Source: Lama glama (Eukaryota). From it: 64,000 nucleotides of DNA. Under the pieces are notes generated by a model. The model worked only from the letters and a program-made list of their open reading frames with translations. It searched no databases and was not told where the DNA came from. Positions 1 through 12,714 of the stretch are shown piece by piece. The position numbers and the translations under genes are program-made. The stretch spans positions 16,928,001-16,992,000 of the forward strand of contig CM052818.1 in the NCBI GenBank assembly GCA_028534125.1, given 5' to 3'. Every line of letters begins with the position of its first letter. The first letter of the stretch is position 1.

Positions 1-941
1 GATGACTGTAATGAGTAGAGATAGGTATGGAAGTGCAAAGAAGGACGGATTTGTGAGGCTTGGGAGAAATTGCCTTTTAGGGTTTATTTGGCACCTAAGT
101 GGGTCATTCATAAAACTGATTTGATGAGGTTGGTGAGCAAATTGTTGCCTGATTATATTTTAACTGTAGGAATCTGAAAAAGGCTTTCAGGCATAATATT
201 GAGTATTTTTTTAAAAACTTTTTTTTCAGAAAAAATTATAGGCTTCTGCTATTAAACCATATTACCCATCCATAAAGTTGATGCAGATGGAGAATTATGT
301 ATAGGTGATCTGGTGCACATTTGGCAGTGTTTCCTTTCCATTTCTTTTAAAAATATGCACACTTTATTTAAATACACTGACATAGATGAGATCTTTCTCA
401 CATTTCCATGCTGCTGTTCTGGGAAAGTAAATTATACTGTGATAAAAAATAAGTAATTGCTTCTTGTGTTTAATTGATTTTTTTTATAGAAATTACAATG
501 CAGATTTGATTAAAGGAGGATAGTGCATTACGTACGGTTCATTCACAAGACACATAATGGTATGAAAGAGTGCCACCCAGCACAGAAATTATACCATCAT
601 TTTGCCTCAATGTGTTGAGTGGGAGATATTTAGAATTCTTTATGACTTATAAACACTGCAGAATGTTTCTTTTCCCATCTTAAGCAGGATGATAGGGACA
701 TCTACTTCACAGCCATAACATGTCCTGACTGTTAAATTGTAGAAGCCTTTTGGGGGAGAAATAACTAACGGTAGATTTTAAATAAGAAAGAGGATTGTGA
801 ATTTGATGCTGACAAATGATGCACCTTGTAACAAGGTCACTCCTGAAGTTTGCTAGTTAGGCTCTGTTTGAGTCTGATGTATCAGAGAAATCTGAAAAGA
901 GCCCATAAAAAAAAGATTAGATTCTAATTCCTGCTTTACTC

Positions 942-1164
942 CAATGTTTTACAACCTTGGCGCTATTGATATTTTAATTATATGCTGAAGGGGCTGTCCT
1001 GTGCATGGTAGGATGTTTATTTAGCAATATCCCTGTGTCTGTCTACTAGATACCAGAGGACTGTCCTAAACCCTCCCCAAACTGTGACAACCCAAAATGT
1101 CTACAGACATTGTCAAATGTCTCTCCAGGGTCTCAAAATTGTCTCTAGGTGAGAGCAACCATTG
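942..1164 (-). mobile_element. MER20 (hAT-Charlie non-autonomous DNA transposon), near full length
   Basis: Colinear match to the recalled reverse-complement MER20 consensus: caaccttggcgctattgat...ggggctgtcctgtgcatggtaggatgttt...tgtgacaacccaaaatgtctacagacattgtcaaatgtc...gagagcaaccattg; degenerate terminal repeats at both ends. Confidence 0.9.
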
Positions 1165-2184
1165 CTCCATATCATTGAAATATAAGCTGCAAAATTTTGC
1201 TGATTAAGGAAAAAAAAATACCTATTGCGTGTAAATCATCTTGGATAATTCTGCAGCTCAGGCTCAGGGCCTTTTGGAGGTTCTGATTCTTTTCTGTATT
1301 GTCCCGAAGTCCCAGGAATTTAAGATATTTTTCTCTTACTCATTGGCTATACTCATCCAATAGGTCCCTTTCAGTTTTATTTATTTGTTTTTTTAATCTT
1401 CTGTTTTCCTCCCCAAGCCTACTGTGAAGCAAGGAAGTCTCTTTAGCTGCCTTTTCCTTTATAGATTTTAAAGAACAGACCCCTTTGTATTTGAAGGAAT
1501 TTCTTTTAATTTCCATGGTAATAAAATCAGGGAATGATAGGGGACATTATAAAGGTTTTCATAATTTTTTGAAGGTTTTGGGGTAGTGGTTCCTGATGAA
1601 TGAAAGTCCTGCTTAGGACCTCTGCTTTCATACTGAAGATACTGAAGGGTTAGCTCATGAAACTCAGCTCCTTTCCTTCCTTGTAGTGAAAGCAAAGCAG
1701 AACCTTATATCCACTAAACATGAAGATGTCAAAACAGAGGAATAGTAGTCCTACTGAACATGAATACCTCATCGATGACTGCACAGCTGAGTCTCTAAGC
1801 CTTCTGTCTTACTCAGGCCTGATTTCCTTCTCTGGACATTTTAATACCATTGACACTTGTGCACTTTAACTCATACCATTAACTGTTATGAGCTTTCATC
1901 AAGCATAAATCTTAAGGAGTTTATTTTTGTTGATTTTTACACAACTCATTTATTATAAATGGGTTTCAGGCCCTTAAAGACTTACTTTTCTTCAGGATAA
2001 AAATTATATCAACCTCTCAGAATGTATCTTTATCCTGTATTATTTATACTTGTTGGAGGGAGACATCTCTTACTAACTGATGTCTGTTCAAGTTGCCTTC
2101 TTACACACGGAGTGCTCAGTCAACATCTGGTAGTTGGCAGACTCTCAATTAATGTGAGATGTATACTAGAAAGAGAGCTGACAC

Positions 2185-2345
2185 TAAAACCCTTGATAGC
2201 AGGACTCAAATCCCAATTTTCCAGCTTATAGTTTATGTTACTTTAAATAAGTCATTTAACTTCCTTATGTTTTAATTTCTTATTTAAAATGGGTATAGTA
2301 TCTATCACATAGAAATGTTGAGAAATTTAAATAGGTTAACTTCTG
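2185..2345 (+). mobile_element. MIR SINE fragment
   Basis: ctcaaatccc...aagtcatttaacttcc...taaaatgggtatagtatctatcacatag...gttgagaaatttaaat resembles the MIR core; boundaries approximate. Confidence 0.6.
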
Positions 2346-2704
2346 TAATCCATGTTCATTAAATGGAATAACTTCTGTATATAATATTATTATACAGTTT
2401 TTTCATTTGACCTTAACTAACCATTGACCCTTTCCTTGTGATGTAAGTCTTCACTATCAATAATGGAAGACTTTATACCTATTTTTCCACTAATAATATT
2501 TCAAGAAATTAATTTTTTTATGCAAGACTTAACCTTCTCTTTTTACATATTCAACCATCCCCAGTGGCAACCCTTCCTGTTTTTATATTATAGAGGGTAC
2601 AGATGCATCGGTTACATTAACAAACTGCTGAAAGACGAGACCATCAAGGTATAATAGTATCAGATGATACAGTTAAACTCGTCTAGTCTTTCCTCCCATG
2701 CTTA

Positions 2705-2820
2705 ATCTGCACTGTACTAGGCACAAGAGATAAAATGGTGGTCAAGATAGACATGATCCGTGCCTCACAGTCTTAGAATCTTGTGGAGAAGACAGAAAAT
2801 TAAAGACAGAGTAATAATAT
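2705..2820 (-). mobile_element. L2 LINE fragment
   Basis: actgtactaggcacaagagataaaatggtg...agacatgatccgtgcctcacag...agaatcttgtggagaagacag resembles the antisense L2 3' region. Confidence 0.6.
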
Positions 2821-5800
2821 AGTTGGTATAATTTTTCTTCTATCACTCAATTAATGATCATATTCATGATTTATGTTCCACTTCTTTACTTTGTGATTGC
2901 TTTGCATTCTCCTCAGCTATAGTTTTCTCACACATAATTCTAATTTTACATACATCTCCACACAGATTATGTCTTACCTAGAGTCACTCAACTCATTAGC
3001 TATAGAGACCCTCGCTAATGTTCTTCAAAAATGCTACGTTTCAAATGGGATTGGAATTTTACACATTCTTTAAGAACTTCTGTTTCTTTAATCTGTATTG
3101 CTTCCTGCACTCTCATTTAATTATTCATAATACCCACCCACATCTCAGTTGTGACAACACTGTGCTTTCAGAGCACATTTTAAACCTATGTGGAACAAAA
3201 AGAACAAAAATGGTTGCTTCTAGAGGTTTCTTTGTGGTTCTAAATGACAAATGAGACCCAGACTCCTCTGTTTCAACTTACCCAAGCAGATAAAGACACA
3301 TGGAGCTTGCAATTTAGTATAAAGGGTCTAATTCTAATTTTTAAACTTTAAGCAAATAGTATTTACTAACAGAGGTCTTAATTTTGAAATAACTTCTACA
3401 TTACCGCAGTCTGAGGTGTATGATTGGAGCTGTGCAAGTTGAATACACTGCAGAGAGTTTTTTTTTTAAGGAAACCTTCCTAATAGATAAGAATTCAATT
3501 CATTACTAAGCTGTTCTTCAGCAACGAGTCTTCAGTGGCCTCCAGTGTGCATTTGACAAACTTCGGAGTGCACACCAAGGACCAAACGGAAGGGAAAAGC
3601 CCCAAAGAGGGAGGAGAATCTGGGCAAGAAGATGAATCCGTATGTGCCTTTTGGAAACCAGGTGAGCAGACGGTGCTGCTGACATTCTGTTACGAGGGTT
3701 TGAGAAACCTAAGCATTATTTTGTCTGGGCTGGAAGACCCCATCTCCCCGGCGTGGAGAAGAGCCCTAGTCTCCTTACAGGCAAAGCAAGGATTTTTCGT
3801 AGCAAGCAGTTTGGAATCTGCTCGAGTATTTTGACTGTTTCTATCCCACAAAGGAATGTCTCCAATTTCTGATTCCACTGTTAGTGTATTTATATTTATA
3901 TTTAGTGTATTTAGCTGAAAACTGCAGAGTCTAACTCACCAAAGCTTTTGCTCTTAGTTATGTGCTTCACTGATTTTCAGAGTTTTTGGTTTGATTTTTG
4001 TTTTCACATGTTTTGGTTGCATTTACTGCCAAAAGAAATACCAGCATAAATCTAATTTCAGTTGTTGTCTTTTTCTCTTTTATCTGTTGAGTCTTTTTTT
4101 TTTTTTTAATAAAAATGACCCCGAAAAAGAAAAGCTCACAAAACAAGTAACAGTATGTATTTTCTACTGTGAGTTTCATCCCAGAGAACAAGCGAGTTTT
4201 CTTAGTGGATAATAATGATAACTCTGAGAAATAGCATCTCTCTTATTTATTTATTTTTTTTAATTTTTATACGTAAAGAGGAATGAGTGACTGAGAATTG
4301 GGATGTTTGGGTGATCCAAATTCTAGAGAGGACATGTCTAAGGAAGAGGAAACTTCAAGCGATGTAAGAGATGATCATCTCTTCCGAGTTATTAAAGCTG
4401 CCAAGTCCAAATATTATTAGTTTTCTGTGGGTTAAGATTGGATTTCCAAGAGAGGATGAACAGAGTGGACGAAAGGAAGGAGGTGCATGAACTGACCGGG
4501 GAGTGCTTCCCAACTAGAAAAACATGGAATGGATGGACCTCATTTCGTTCTGGGAATGATAAGGGGTTCAAAAAGTTAAGAGCAGATATCCAATCTTTGG
4601 TGGAGCCTTTTGGGCTGACACTGCAGGAAAAATCAAAGGGCCTGATTTACAAAAATGTAAGAGGTCATCATGTCATCATCAGTAGCATGGACACAGAGAA
4701 CAGTGAAGTGAAATGGAGATAATTTTGTCTTGCCTTGCAAAGCTACCCATTCTCTTTAAGGGACATAATGAGGAAAGCCTAAAACCTGTCCCCGGGGGAT
4801 TCCCTTCCATCCAAACCAGGAGCAGGGTGAGCTTAATGGTCTAAAAGGATCCATTTCCATCTCACCCTAAGTGATAAGGCCCACGTTTAATTACCTTAAC
4901 TTTTCTGTTTTGGGGGATCTCTGGTGAACAGCAGCTTTCTTCCATATTGTCCTGTTGTTCCGATGCTTTTAGGAAATAAATTCTTCTTTTTACCTAAATT
5001 GGTTAGTTGTGGCTTCAGGTGCTGAACTGTTTGCTGTCCATCGTTTAATTTAAATCTTCTTTCCGAATTCCTTCCAAATCAATGTGTTTGTTCTGTTTGT
5101 ATGCAAAGCCTCCATTCATTAACATTGCCGCCCACCGTCTCAGAAAGGCACTGCTGTTATTTTCAGTTTTATTTCAACTTTGGCATTATTTATTTTAGGG
5201 TGTTCTTTCTTACTGTAGCATGAAGCAATATTTTAATTTCATTGTCAAAAGATGAAAGACGTAGGAGTTAGTTACACTTATGATTGCCCTGTAGCTGAGA
5301 TTGAATGGAGCTGGAATCTATTTAAACTTGCACTGTGCTTGAAAGATGAGACTTCAATGAATCTTTGTTAAACCCTATCATTTCATGGTTGCATTTAATA
5401 GAAAGAAGCCTTTTTGGATGTCACAGCTGTGTGGCATTTGCCCTTTTTCTTGTTGCCTATATGTGGAGGAGTTGGCAGCCATGAATTAGGTTTTGGGTCC
5501 AAGCAGTATGTATATAATGATGTAATTGTCTGCGTTTATGTAGGAAAATAGGAAAATGGATAAAAGTTGTAAAATTGTAATTAAAACCTTCAGCCATTGT
5601 GGAATGTATGAAGTTACCTGCAGGCCTTACATATGCTATCCCCTGGTCTCCAACCCATTCCCACCCTCTCATTCTTAGTACCCCACTCTCCACATCTCTC
5701 CATCACCCCAGTATCCATCAAGGAGTTACCTTATGTAGCACCTTTACTGAGAAATTTCCCAGGACCGCTCAAGCCCTTCATTACCCTTATCCTAGTGCTT

Positions 5801-5991
5801 CTGTGGTAATTGCTGAGTTTACTTGCCTGTTTCACACTCCTGCATTGTAGTCATGTAGACGGGACGCGTGTTAGCACACAATGGTAGCACACAGTGGGTG
5901 GCAGCCGTGTTTACCATCACTGTTAGGTTTAACGTCTATCTTGTTCTCAGAAGTAAACATATTTCTGATTTGAGCTCAAATCAGGTATGCA

Positions 5992-6059
5992 TTCCCTCCC
6001 TCTCTGTTTCTCTCTCTCTCTCTCTCTCTTTCACCACACACACACACACACACACACAC
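5992..6059. repeat. Compound (CT)n-(CA)n microsatellite
   Basis: Direct: pyrimidine/(TC)n tract followed by a (CA)n run. Confidence 0.95.
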
Positions 6060-6359
6060 TTTGCAATAGTAGATGTCTTAGAAACAAGAACCTGTGATGT
6101 TATAAAAGTTTCCCCAAACTGATGACCTTGTCTTTATCCAGTAGCTTCAGACGAACATAAAGGAGTTTTGTGTGGAGTTGTTACATGACATTGATGCACT
6201 CTACAAAGAAAGCTCTTGGCAAATAGTGCTTAAAAAGAGTGGGGAAGGCAATGATGCAGATAAGATAAAAGCAATATTTACTTCCACATATTTTGGAGCA
6301 CAAGCCATTTTGGGATCTTTATCTCTACAAACTCACAGTAGATCAGTACACAGACATGT

Positions 6360-6470
6360 TCAAGGCACTTTCATCTACGTTATGTCATTTATCCTATGAC
6401 AGACCCAAGAAGTGGTAAGATCTCCATTTTTAGATGACGGAACTGAAGATTGTGGACTGAAAAAGCTTTC
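6360..6470 (-). mobile_element. MIR SINE fragment
   Basis: aaggcactttca...tcatttatcct...ctccatttttagatgacggaactgaag matches the antisense MIR core (ccattttacagatgaggaaactgagg). Confidence 0.6.
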
Positions 6471-7399
6471 AGGGCAGGTCGTGAGTGTCAAAGGCAGTCC
6501 TCACCCCTTTGCTTCAAAAATGCCCTTACTCAGGAAAAATGACTAAATGGTGGTGTGGTCAGGGACACAATTATTTTATTAAACTACTTGGTGAATTAGG
6601 TTAGAGGTGTTCTGTTTTCTTATTTTGTGTTTTCCTAGAGAAACATGCCAGAGAGCCATGGGAGGAATACTTGGATGTGCTGGGAGATATTTCAGGGTAT
6701 TATTGGAATCTCTGGTCAGAGCAACGAGAGCACATGGTGGGCGCCTTCATGGAGCTCTCCAAAGATGCAGACGGGCAAGAGATTTCTTTTGACATCTCTT
6801 CTCAGCTTTATTAAGATAATTCCCCCCTTTTCTTACTTTCCACAGATGTTTCCCTAACAGTGAGAGTAATAATGTTAAAAACAGCAGTGCTGCCCACAGC
6901 TGGAAACGCATTCATCTTTGCATATCACACTTGCTGCACTAGTCACGGAGGGTGGTTTTGTCACCTTTAATTAAAAGCACACAAACAAAAAACAAATGAA
7001 GACATTCCCTTAAATGATTTTAGCCCCATGTCCTATTTCACTGCTCTGCCTTTAAGCAGATTGACTTACCTAATTTGAGGGAACGTTGGTTTATCATTTG
7101 TAATTCTTATGCAGACATTAATCAGTATAATTAAAATATGGTAGCATCTGGATGTTAAAAGCACAGGTGGGAAGCATTACTGTGGAAGACAAAAGGAGGG
7201 CAACTGTCATACACTCTGCCACCCCCCCCCCCACAGACAGAGAGATGCCTCAGATCAAAATTGAAACTATTTTTAAGTAGGCAGAAGAATAATGTTGCCA
7301 ATTCCTCCACAAGGACTGTCTAAATCCTATAATCTTACTTGTCTTCAACTTGATGGGGCTATAATGGTGTAGAGGTAAAGGAAAGATCATTATTCTTCG

Positions 7400-7760
7400 T
7401 TTGTTCCATTTATGAAATTCTGTCCAAAAACGCACCTGCCATGTCAGCAGGTGCTGAAGAAAAGTGCACTCAGAGCTTCCCTCCATTCCTCTCCTCGCCA
7501 TCGGTAGGTCTTCCGAGTGCGGATGCAGCCCTTTGTAGTCTGGCATTTAAATTGAGCCAGTTTGCTCCAGAGGTGAATAAACCCGATTTTGTGGTGTCAT
7601 TTTTGAGGAGCCCGTCTTCATTTAGAGACAGCATCATGCCGCCCTCTCTATATTACATAGATGGCTCTCATGATGCTCACAGGCGGTCTCCTGATATTAT
7701 AAATGGGTTGATAACATAAAGGGTTTATATTTTTTACAAAATCTTGGATTACTAACATCC
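7400..7760. promoter_or_regulatory. Candidate conserved non-coding element
   Basis: Repeat-free and CpG-retaining; inverted E-box pair around TGTCA; ATAAA/TTTAT motifs. Function is inferred only. Confidence 0.35.
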
Positions 7761-8262
7761 CATCCCGGGATTCCTTGAGTCTGTCTGTACCGTTGTTTTC
7801 ATTCTGCTCATCCTGGCATCTCTTCCTCCCACTCTGCCTGTTTGGCAGTTTCTGTGTGCAGAGGGAAAGGCCTGCTTGTTCCAGCTGATGCAGGAGGAGG
7901 GAGGGGGCGTGGCTGTTACACGGCACAGGGAAGCAAGGCAGACAGGGAACAGACTTGGCTGTGACACAGCCTCCAGGAGCGAAAATAAATTTCAGGGTAC
8001 AGTAGGCATTGGACAACAGTTTGGCTGATCCAGTCACAACTCTGGAATAGTCTCCTGAGAAACAAATGCCCCTCACTCCTTGCTCTACAATTCCCTGATG
8101 CAAGGAGTTCACATATCGACTGCTTCATCCTCCGGAGCTCCCCACTGAAAGCTCCCTCTAGTCTTCTCTCTCCTTCACCATTGCTGCTTATTCAGGACTT
8201 TCTATTACTGTTTTTCTGACTGTCTTCTCTCTGCATGTTCCATATCTTTTAACAAAATCTTC

Positions 8263-8681
8263 TGTACTAGTCTGCTCGGACTGCCTTAACAAAATACCAC
8301 AGAGTAGGTGCCTTGAACAACAGAATTGATTTTCTCACAGTACCAGAGGCTGGAAGTCTAAGATCCTGGCAACTATCAGGGTTGGTTTCTGTTGAGACGT
8401 CTCTTCCGGCTTAAAGACATCCTCCTTCTCTGTGTGTCCTCACAGGGCCGTTCTCTATGCGTGCAGAGGGAGGGAGATGGAGATGGAGAGAGGGGGTGAG
8501 AGCGAGCGTGGAGGGGGCTCCAGTTGTTGTCTCTCCCTCTTGTAAGGGCACCGGTCCTGTCTGAGGAGGGCCCCTTCCTTACGAGCTCATTTAACCTTCA
8601 TTATCTCCTGAAATACAGACATAGTGGAGGTGAGGGTTTCCGTGCATGAATTTGATGGGGACACAATTCAGTTCTTAATAC
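8263..8681 (-). mobile_element. MLT1A/B-type ERVL-MaLR solo LTR
   Basis: Begins tgtactagtctgctcggactgccttaacaaaataccacag...aacaacagaattgattttctcacag...ggctggaagtctaagatc and ends catgaatttgatggggacacaattcagttcttaata, matching the reverse complement of the recalled MLT1A/B LTR; about 420 bp. Confidence 0.88.
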
Positions 8682-8759
8682 CCTCTGTTGGGTCTCCTTT
8701 TCCTGTGTCCCAGCAGAAAGGATGTCAGGATGTGTACAGTGCCCCTTCATGAGCCCTCC

Positions 8760-9435
8760 TGTCCTCACTGTTACTGTCTCCTTTTCCTAAGGTGGCCCTC
8801 ATCATATCTTTTGGACCTGTTTTATTAGTCCCCTGGTGTGTTCTCTTCTATGATCTTAACCCCATTCCATCCTTCACAAGCCCACCTAAAAGGTAAATGT
8901 GATTTTGTCACATGCCTAAAGCCTTTTGATGCCTCATGACCTAGGGGTTAAACTTCCAGCTTTATAGTATGCGTGCATGGTCTTCTAGGATCTCTTCAGC
9001 ATCACCTTTTTCTCCTTGTCTCCTAACACTCCTTGCCCCAAGCTTTCAGTCTTAGTAATTATGAACTGCTGTGCTTTTTCACACTCAGCATGCTTTTCCA
9101 GGCCTCTTTTTTCTCTGCCTGGAACACTCTTCTCATTCTTCTTTTCCAGGATCACTCCTATGCACCTGTTGTTCTCAGTACCACCTCCTTCAAGAAGACG
9201 TGTCCCAAGAAACTGAGTAACGTTCCTCTCTGCTCCCAGAAGACCATGTATACATTTATGTCCTAGGACTTCTGATGCTACAACAAAAGCGCTTATTTCT
9301 GCACCTGACCCTTTGACTTAAATGTTACAAGGAGTTAATTTCTTCAGAGTCTATTTGTGATTCATTTTATATCCCTAGTGCTTTGTGCAATGCCTGATAA
9401 ATGGTATACACCCAGAAATATGTTAATTGAAGAAA
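8760..9435 (+). mobile_element. L2 LINE 3' fragment
   Basis: ctctgcctggaacactctt and the terminal ttatatccctagtgctttgtgcaatgcctgataaatggta...aaatatgttaattga are characteristic of the L2 3' end. Confidence 0.7.
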
Positions 9436-9467
9436 GTTTAAATCAATCTCTCTTTCTTCTCCCCCAC

Positions 9468-9468
<1 letters not shown>

Positions 9469-9510
<42 letters not shown>

Positions 9511-9540
9511 ACACTTATACATACACTCACACGCACATAC
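9469..9540. repeat. (CA)n microsatellite with interrupted tail
   Basis: Direct: a perfect (CA)n run followed by degenerate cacg/cata units. Confidence 0.95.
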
Positions 9541-10491
9541 AAACTCTTGATTCACAAAAGCTCTGTTGGATTACGTAGATGTTATTTTCCAGAATTTTGC
9601 CAGGTTTGAGATCTCAGCTGGAGATGTGCTTGACCTGATTCTGTGAAGCTTTGAATATTTGTTACTTGTGCCTTCGAGAAAAGTAGAAGATACTCTTTAA
9701 ATACGGAGCAGGGCAAAGGGCAGATGCAGGATAAGGAATAAGGAGCAGACCAAGTTTCCTACCAGCTTTCTGGCTGGGTGAGTAGGTGAAGTGGACAAAT
9801 ACATTGGCCACAAATAATAGCTACTTTAGTGCTGTAATTTCCGTCAAAGGATAAGCCAAGTGAAGGGATATGAATATGTCTGTGGGGGACTGGTGGTTCA
9901 GCATGTGTTATTTCTGCTCTTGGAAAAGAAGCACCATGGTTATGTGTGAAGAACAATGAACTCCTTTGTATATTACCAAGTGATTTATGTGGCTAGTGTA
10001 TTAGAGAGAAATATGTTCTAAATAACAATTCACTGTGAATAGTGTTTACAATGTGGAAAAGAAGGTAGAGATTGCTATTCAAATGGAACTTATGCCATCC
10101 CTTTTCCCCATAGATTTGTTGCTGTGCTTGTGATTTATCTGGAGGATTCAGAGAATGAGAATGTCCAGGGCAAAATAGCAAAGACAGCCTGATCTATGAT
10201 TTTGTTTTATTCTCTACGGATATGGGCTTAGCCAGGAGTACAGCTGAAGAGTTTAAAGAGTCACAGACTGAGAGCCTAAGAAAGCCTCAGTAGGTGCCAG
10301 AGTTAGCCCAAGGATCCCCGTGCAACCAACAGCATCAGCTGCATCCCCCATTACCTGAATCCCTCACTGACTGAGAACCAGGAGATGAGGCTAGTCTTTA
10401 TTTGATAGTTGGGTTGGCTGAGAATTATTTCAGCAGTTTGTGATGTAGGCTCTGGGGGAATAAGCACTTGGCTGAAATTCAGGGTCAGCAG

Positions 10492-10665
10492 AGGCAGTAT
10501 AATACTATGAAAACTGGCTTTTTAATACCAGGATTCAAGCCCTGGATTCATTGTTTCCTACATACATCATCTTGAGCAAATCACATAATTTCTCCAAAAT
10601 TCAATGTCCTCATCTGTAAAATGGGCACAGTGATAATAACAGAATGGGATGGTGGTGAGAAGGAA
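10492..10665 (+). mobile_element. MIR SINE
   Basis: ggattcaagccctgg...cttgagcaaatcacataatttctcc...tcctcatctgtaaaatggg is the MIR core. Confidence 0.75.
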
Positions 10666-11399
10666 ACAAAGCTTTCCTTCTACACCCCCAAAGTGCTAGT
10701 CTCAGAAAAATAATAGAAATTGCAAACATGTGTAGGTTAATTTGTACAGAGTTCTCTCTTCCCCCCAGTTATTTTTCAGTGGCTCTGCCTTTGTAATAGC
10801 CACTGTTCATTAGTTGGCCTCCCTCTTTGTTCACCATCATTTCTTTAACTATGACCTTTTTTTTCTTGTTTAGAATTTCTGGAAAGGGACCTGAGACACT
10901 AGTGTCAGATTTAAAAGAACCAACTGTAACCCAGGGAGAAATGATCAAATGCTGGAGAGGAAGGCCATGTAGCCCGCTGTCCCCCGGGAATATTTTAGTA
11001 CTCTTCCTTGTGCTTCAGAGGTTTTTGTGTATAGATAAACAGTATGTTGTAGAGTTTTATAAACTCTACAACAGTATTTTTATTTTGTGGTTCTTTCTTA
11101 GCACAATACGTAGAATTGTAGAAATAAAAGAAGTTATACCATAAATGATGCAATCCAACTTTAGGAATTCATCAATCCTTTCTTAATTTTTCTTCTGATT
11201 TTAAAAATAACCTATAATTTGAATAAAGCCATAACCAATTTCTCATTGGAGTTAGATTTTGAAAGGCTTCATTTAGCATCTGTCCTCTTATCCTCTAAGT
11301 CAAGAAAAGAAGACATTTTGTATTTAATTGTACACAGAGGGAAAGTGTCAAAGAGAATATGTCAACTTACTGACCTTGTTTTAGCTGGTAGTAATTAAA

Positions 11400-11620
11400 G
11401 TAATTACATTTATTGAGCACTTCCTGTGTATCAGGCACTGTCAAAAGCACTATATATCTCTTAATTCAGTCCAGCCTTTCACCAGATCTGTGAAAATGGA
11501 GTTAATATCCATCAGTGTTTCCATTTTACAGCAAAGGGACCTTAACAAAGTAACTCAGCCAAGCACACTGAACCAGATTTGAATGGCGGGAGTTTGGTCT
11601 CGAGCACACTCTCTTAACTA
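11400..11620 (-). mobile_element. MIR SINE
   Basis: acatttattgagcacttcctgtgtatcaggcactgt...tttccattttacag...agatttgaa...actctcttaac matches antisense MIR. Confidence 0.75.
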
Positions 11621-12714
11621 AAATGCTAAAAAGCTTTAAAAAAAAAAGTACAAAAATTTTCTTAGATTAGTTTATTTTCTCATCGTAGTAGGAGAACTTG
11701 ATATTTTAAAGAATCCTACCGAGAATTGTTTTATAAGGTGAAAATTCACTTTTTACTGAAACTTTTAAGAAAGTACAGTTTTCAGAAGTCAGTTTAACCA
11801 GGACCCACCTTTCATTTATTTTCTGCACGCTGATATGTTTTTGTTACGAGGGTACACAGTTACACAGGGTGAATCAGGAATGAAGTTTGAATGCTGAATG
11901 CCCTTGATTCACTCTTCTTCCTTCCACTGAAAAATCTTTTATTCTCTTTCTGCATGTTCAGGAATAACTGAAGACAATTTTCCGTGAGTCATTTAAACTT
12001 CTGTGTATCTACGCAAGACACAGACTGACCTTTTTCCCTAGACTGTCATTACGAGCAAGTTTTACCATGAATGTCCTTGAAACGTAGATTATATCTATGA
12101 TTTTTCCTCCCATGTACATACACTGTCTAATATAATAAAAATAACATTTTGCTTTGCAGCAAAGGGCAGGAATGTTTACTCCCGTTATAAATACTGGGGC
12201 TCTCTTAAGCTCCAAGTTCCTCTCCTTTAACACAACCTGCTGTGTGTACAGGGCCCACCTAGCTCTCTTTGTGTTACCCTGTGGAAAATGGGGTCACAGA
12301 ACCAGCACCAAAAAAAAAACGCTGATACTCTGGCTACTGCTTTTGCTGCAAGTAATGGACTGTCCTTCATCTCTGACCTAGAAATCAGCATTCCTGAAAC
12401 TGCAGTCTTGTTAGCTCTCACGCTGGATACAAATCTCAGTGTCTGTACCGTCCTTGAGACTAATTATGCACAAGATCCCCAATGCAAGCATGTCTTCTTG
12501 GGTAGTATGAACCAGGTATTACAAGCAGTAAAGAGGAGCAAGCCCAGAGAATGGTTACAGAAAAACAAACATGAAAAAGCATCCAAAGTGGACTGGTTGC
12601 ATTTTAATGGAACATTAGTCATATCACGTGCACAAACAGTGAGTAATAAATTTTAAAGCCTGCCACTTAGTTAGCATTCAAAGAAAAACAAAAATGAAGG
12701 AAGTAAATAAAATG

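Noticed and set aside
5599..5640. tggaatgtatgaag resembling the miR-1/miR-206 5' end
   Set aside because: Only the seed region matches; the rest diverges and there is no complementary arm for a precursor hairpin.
6639..6815. Acceptor-like ttttcctAG followed by a region with all three + frames open
   Set aside because: No recognisable peptide and no convincing donor; purine-rich composition can explain the lack of stops.
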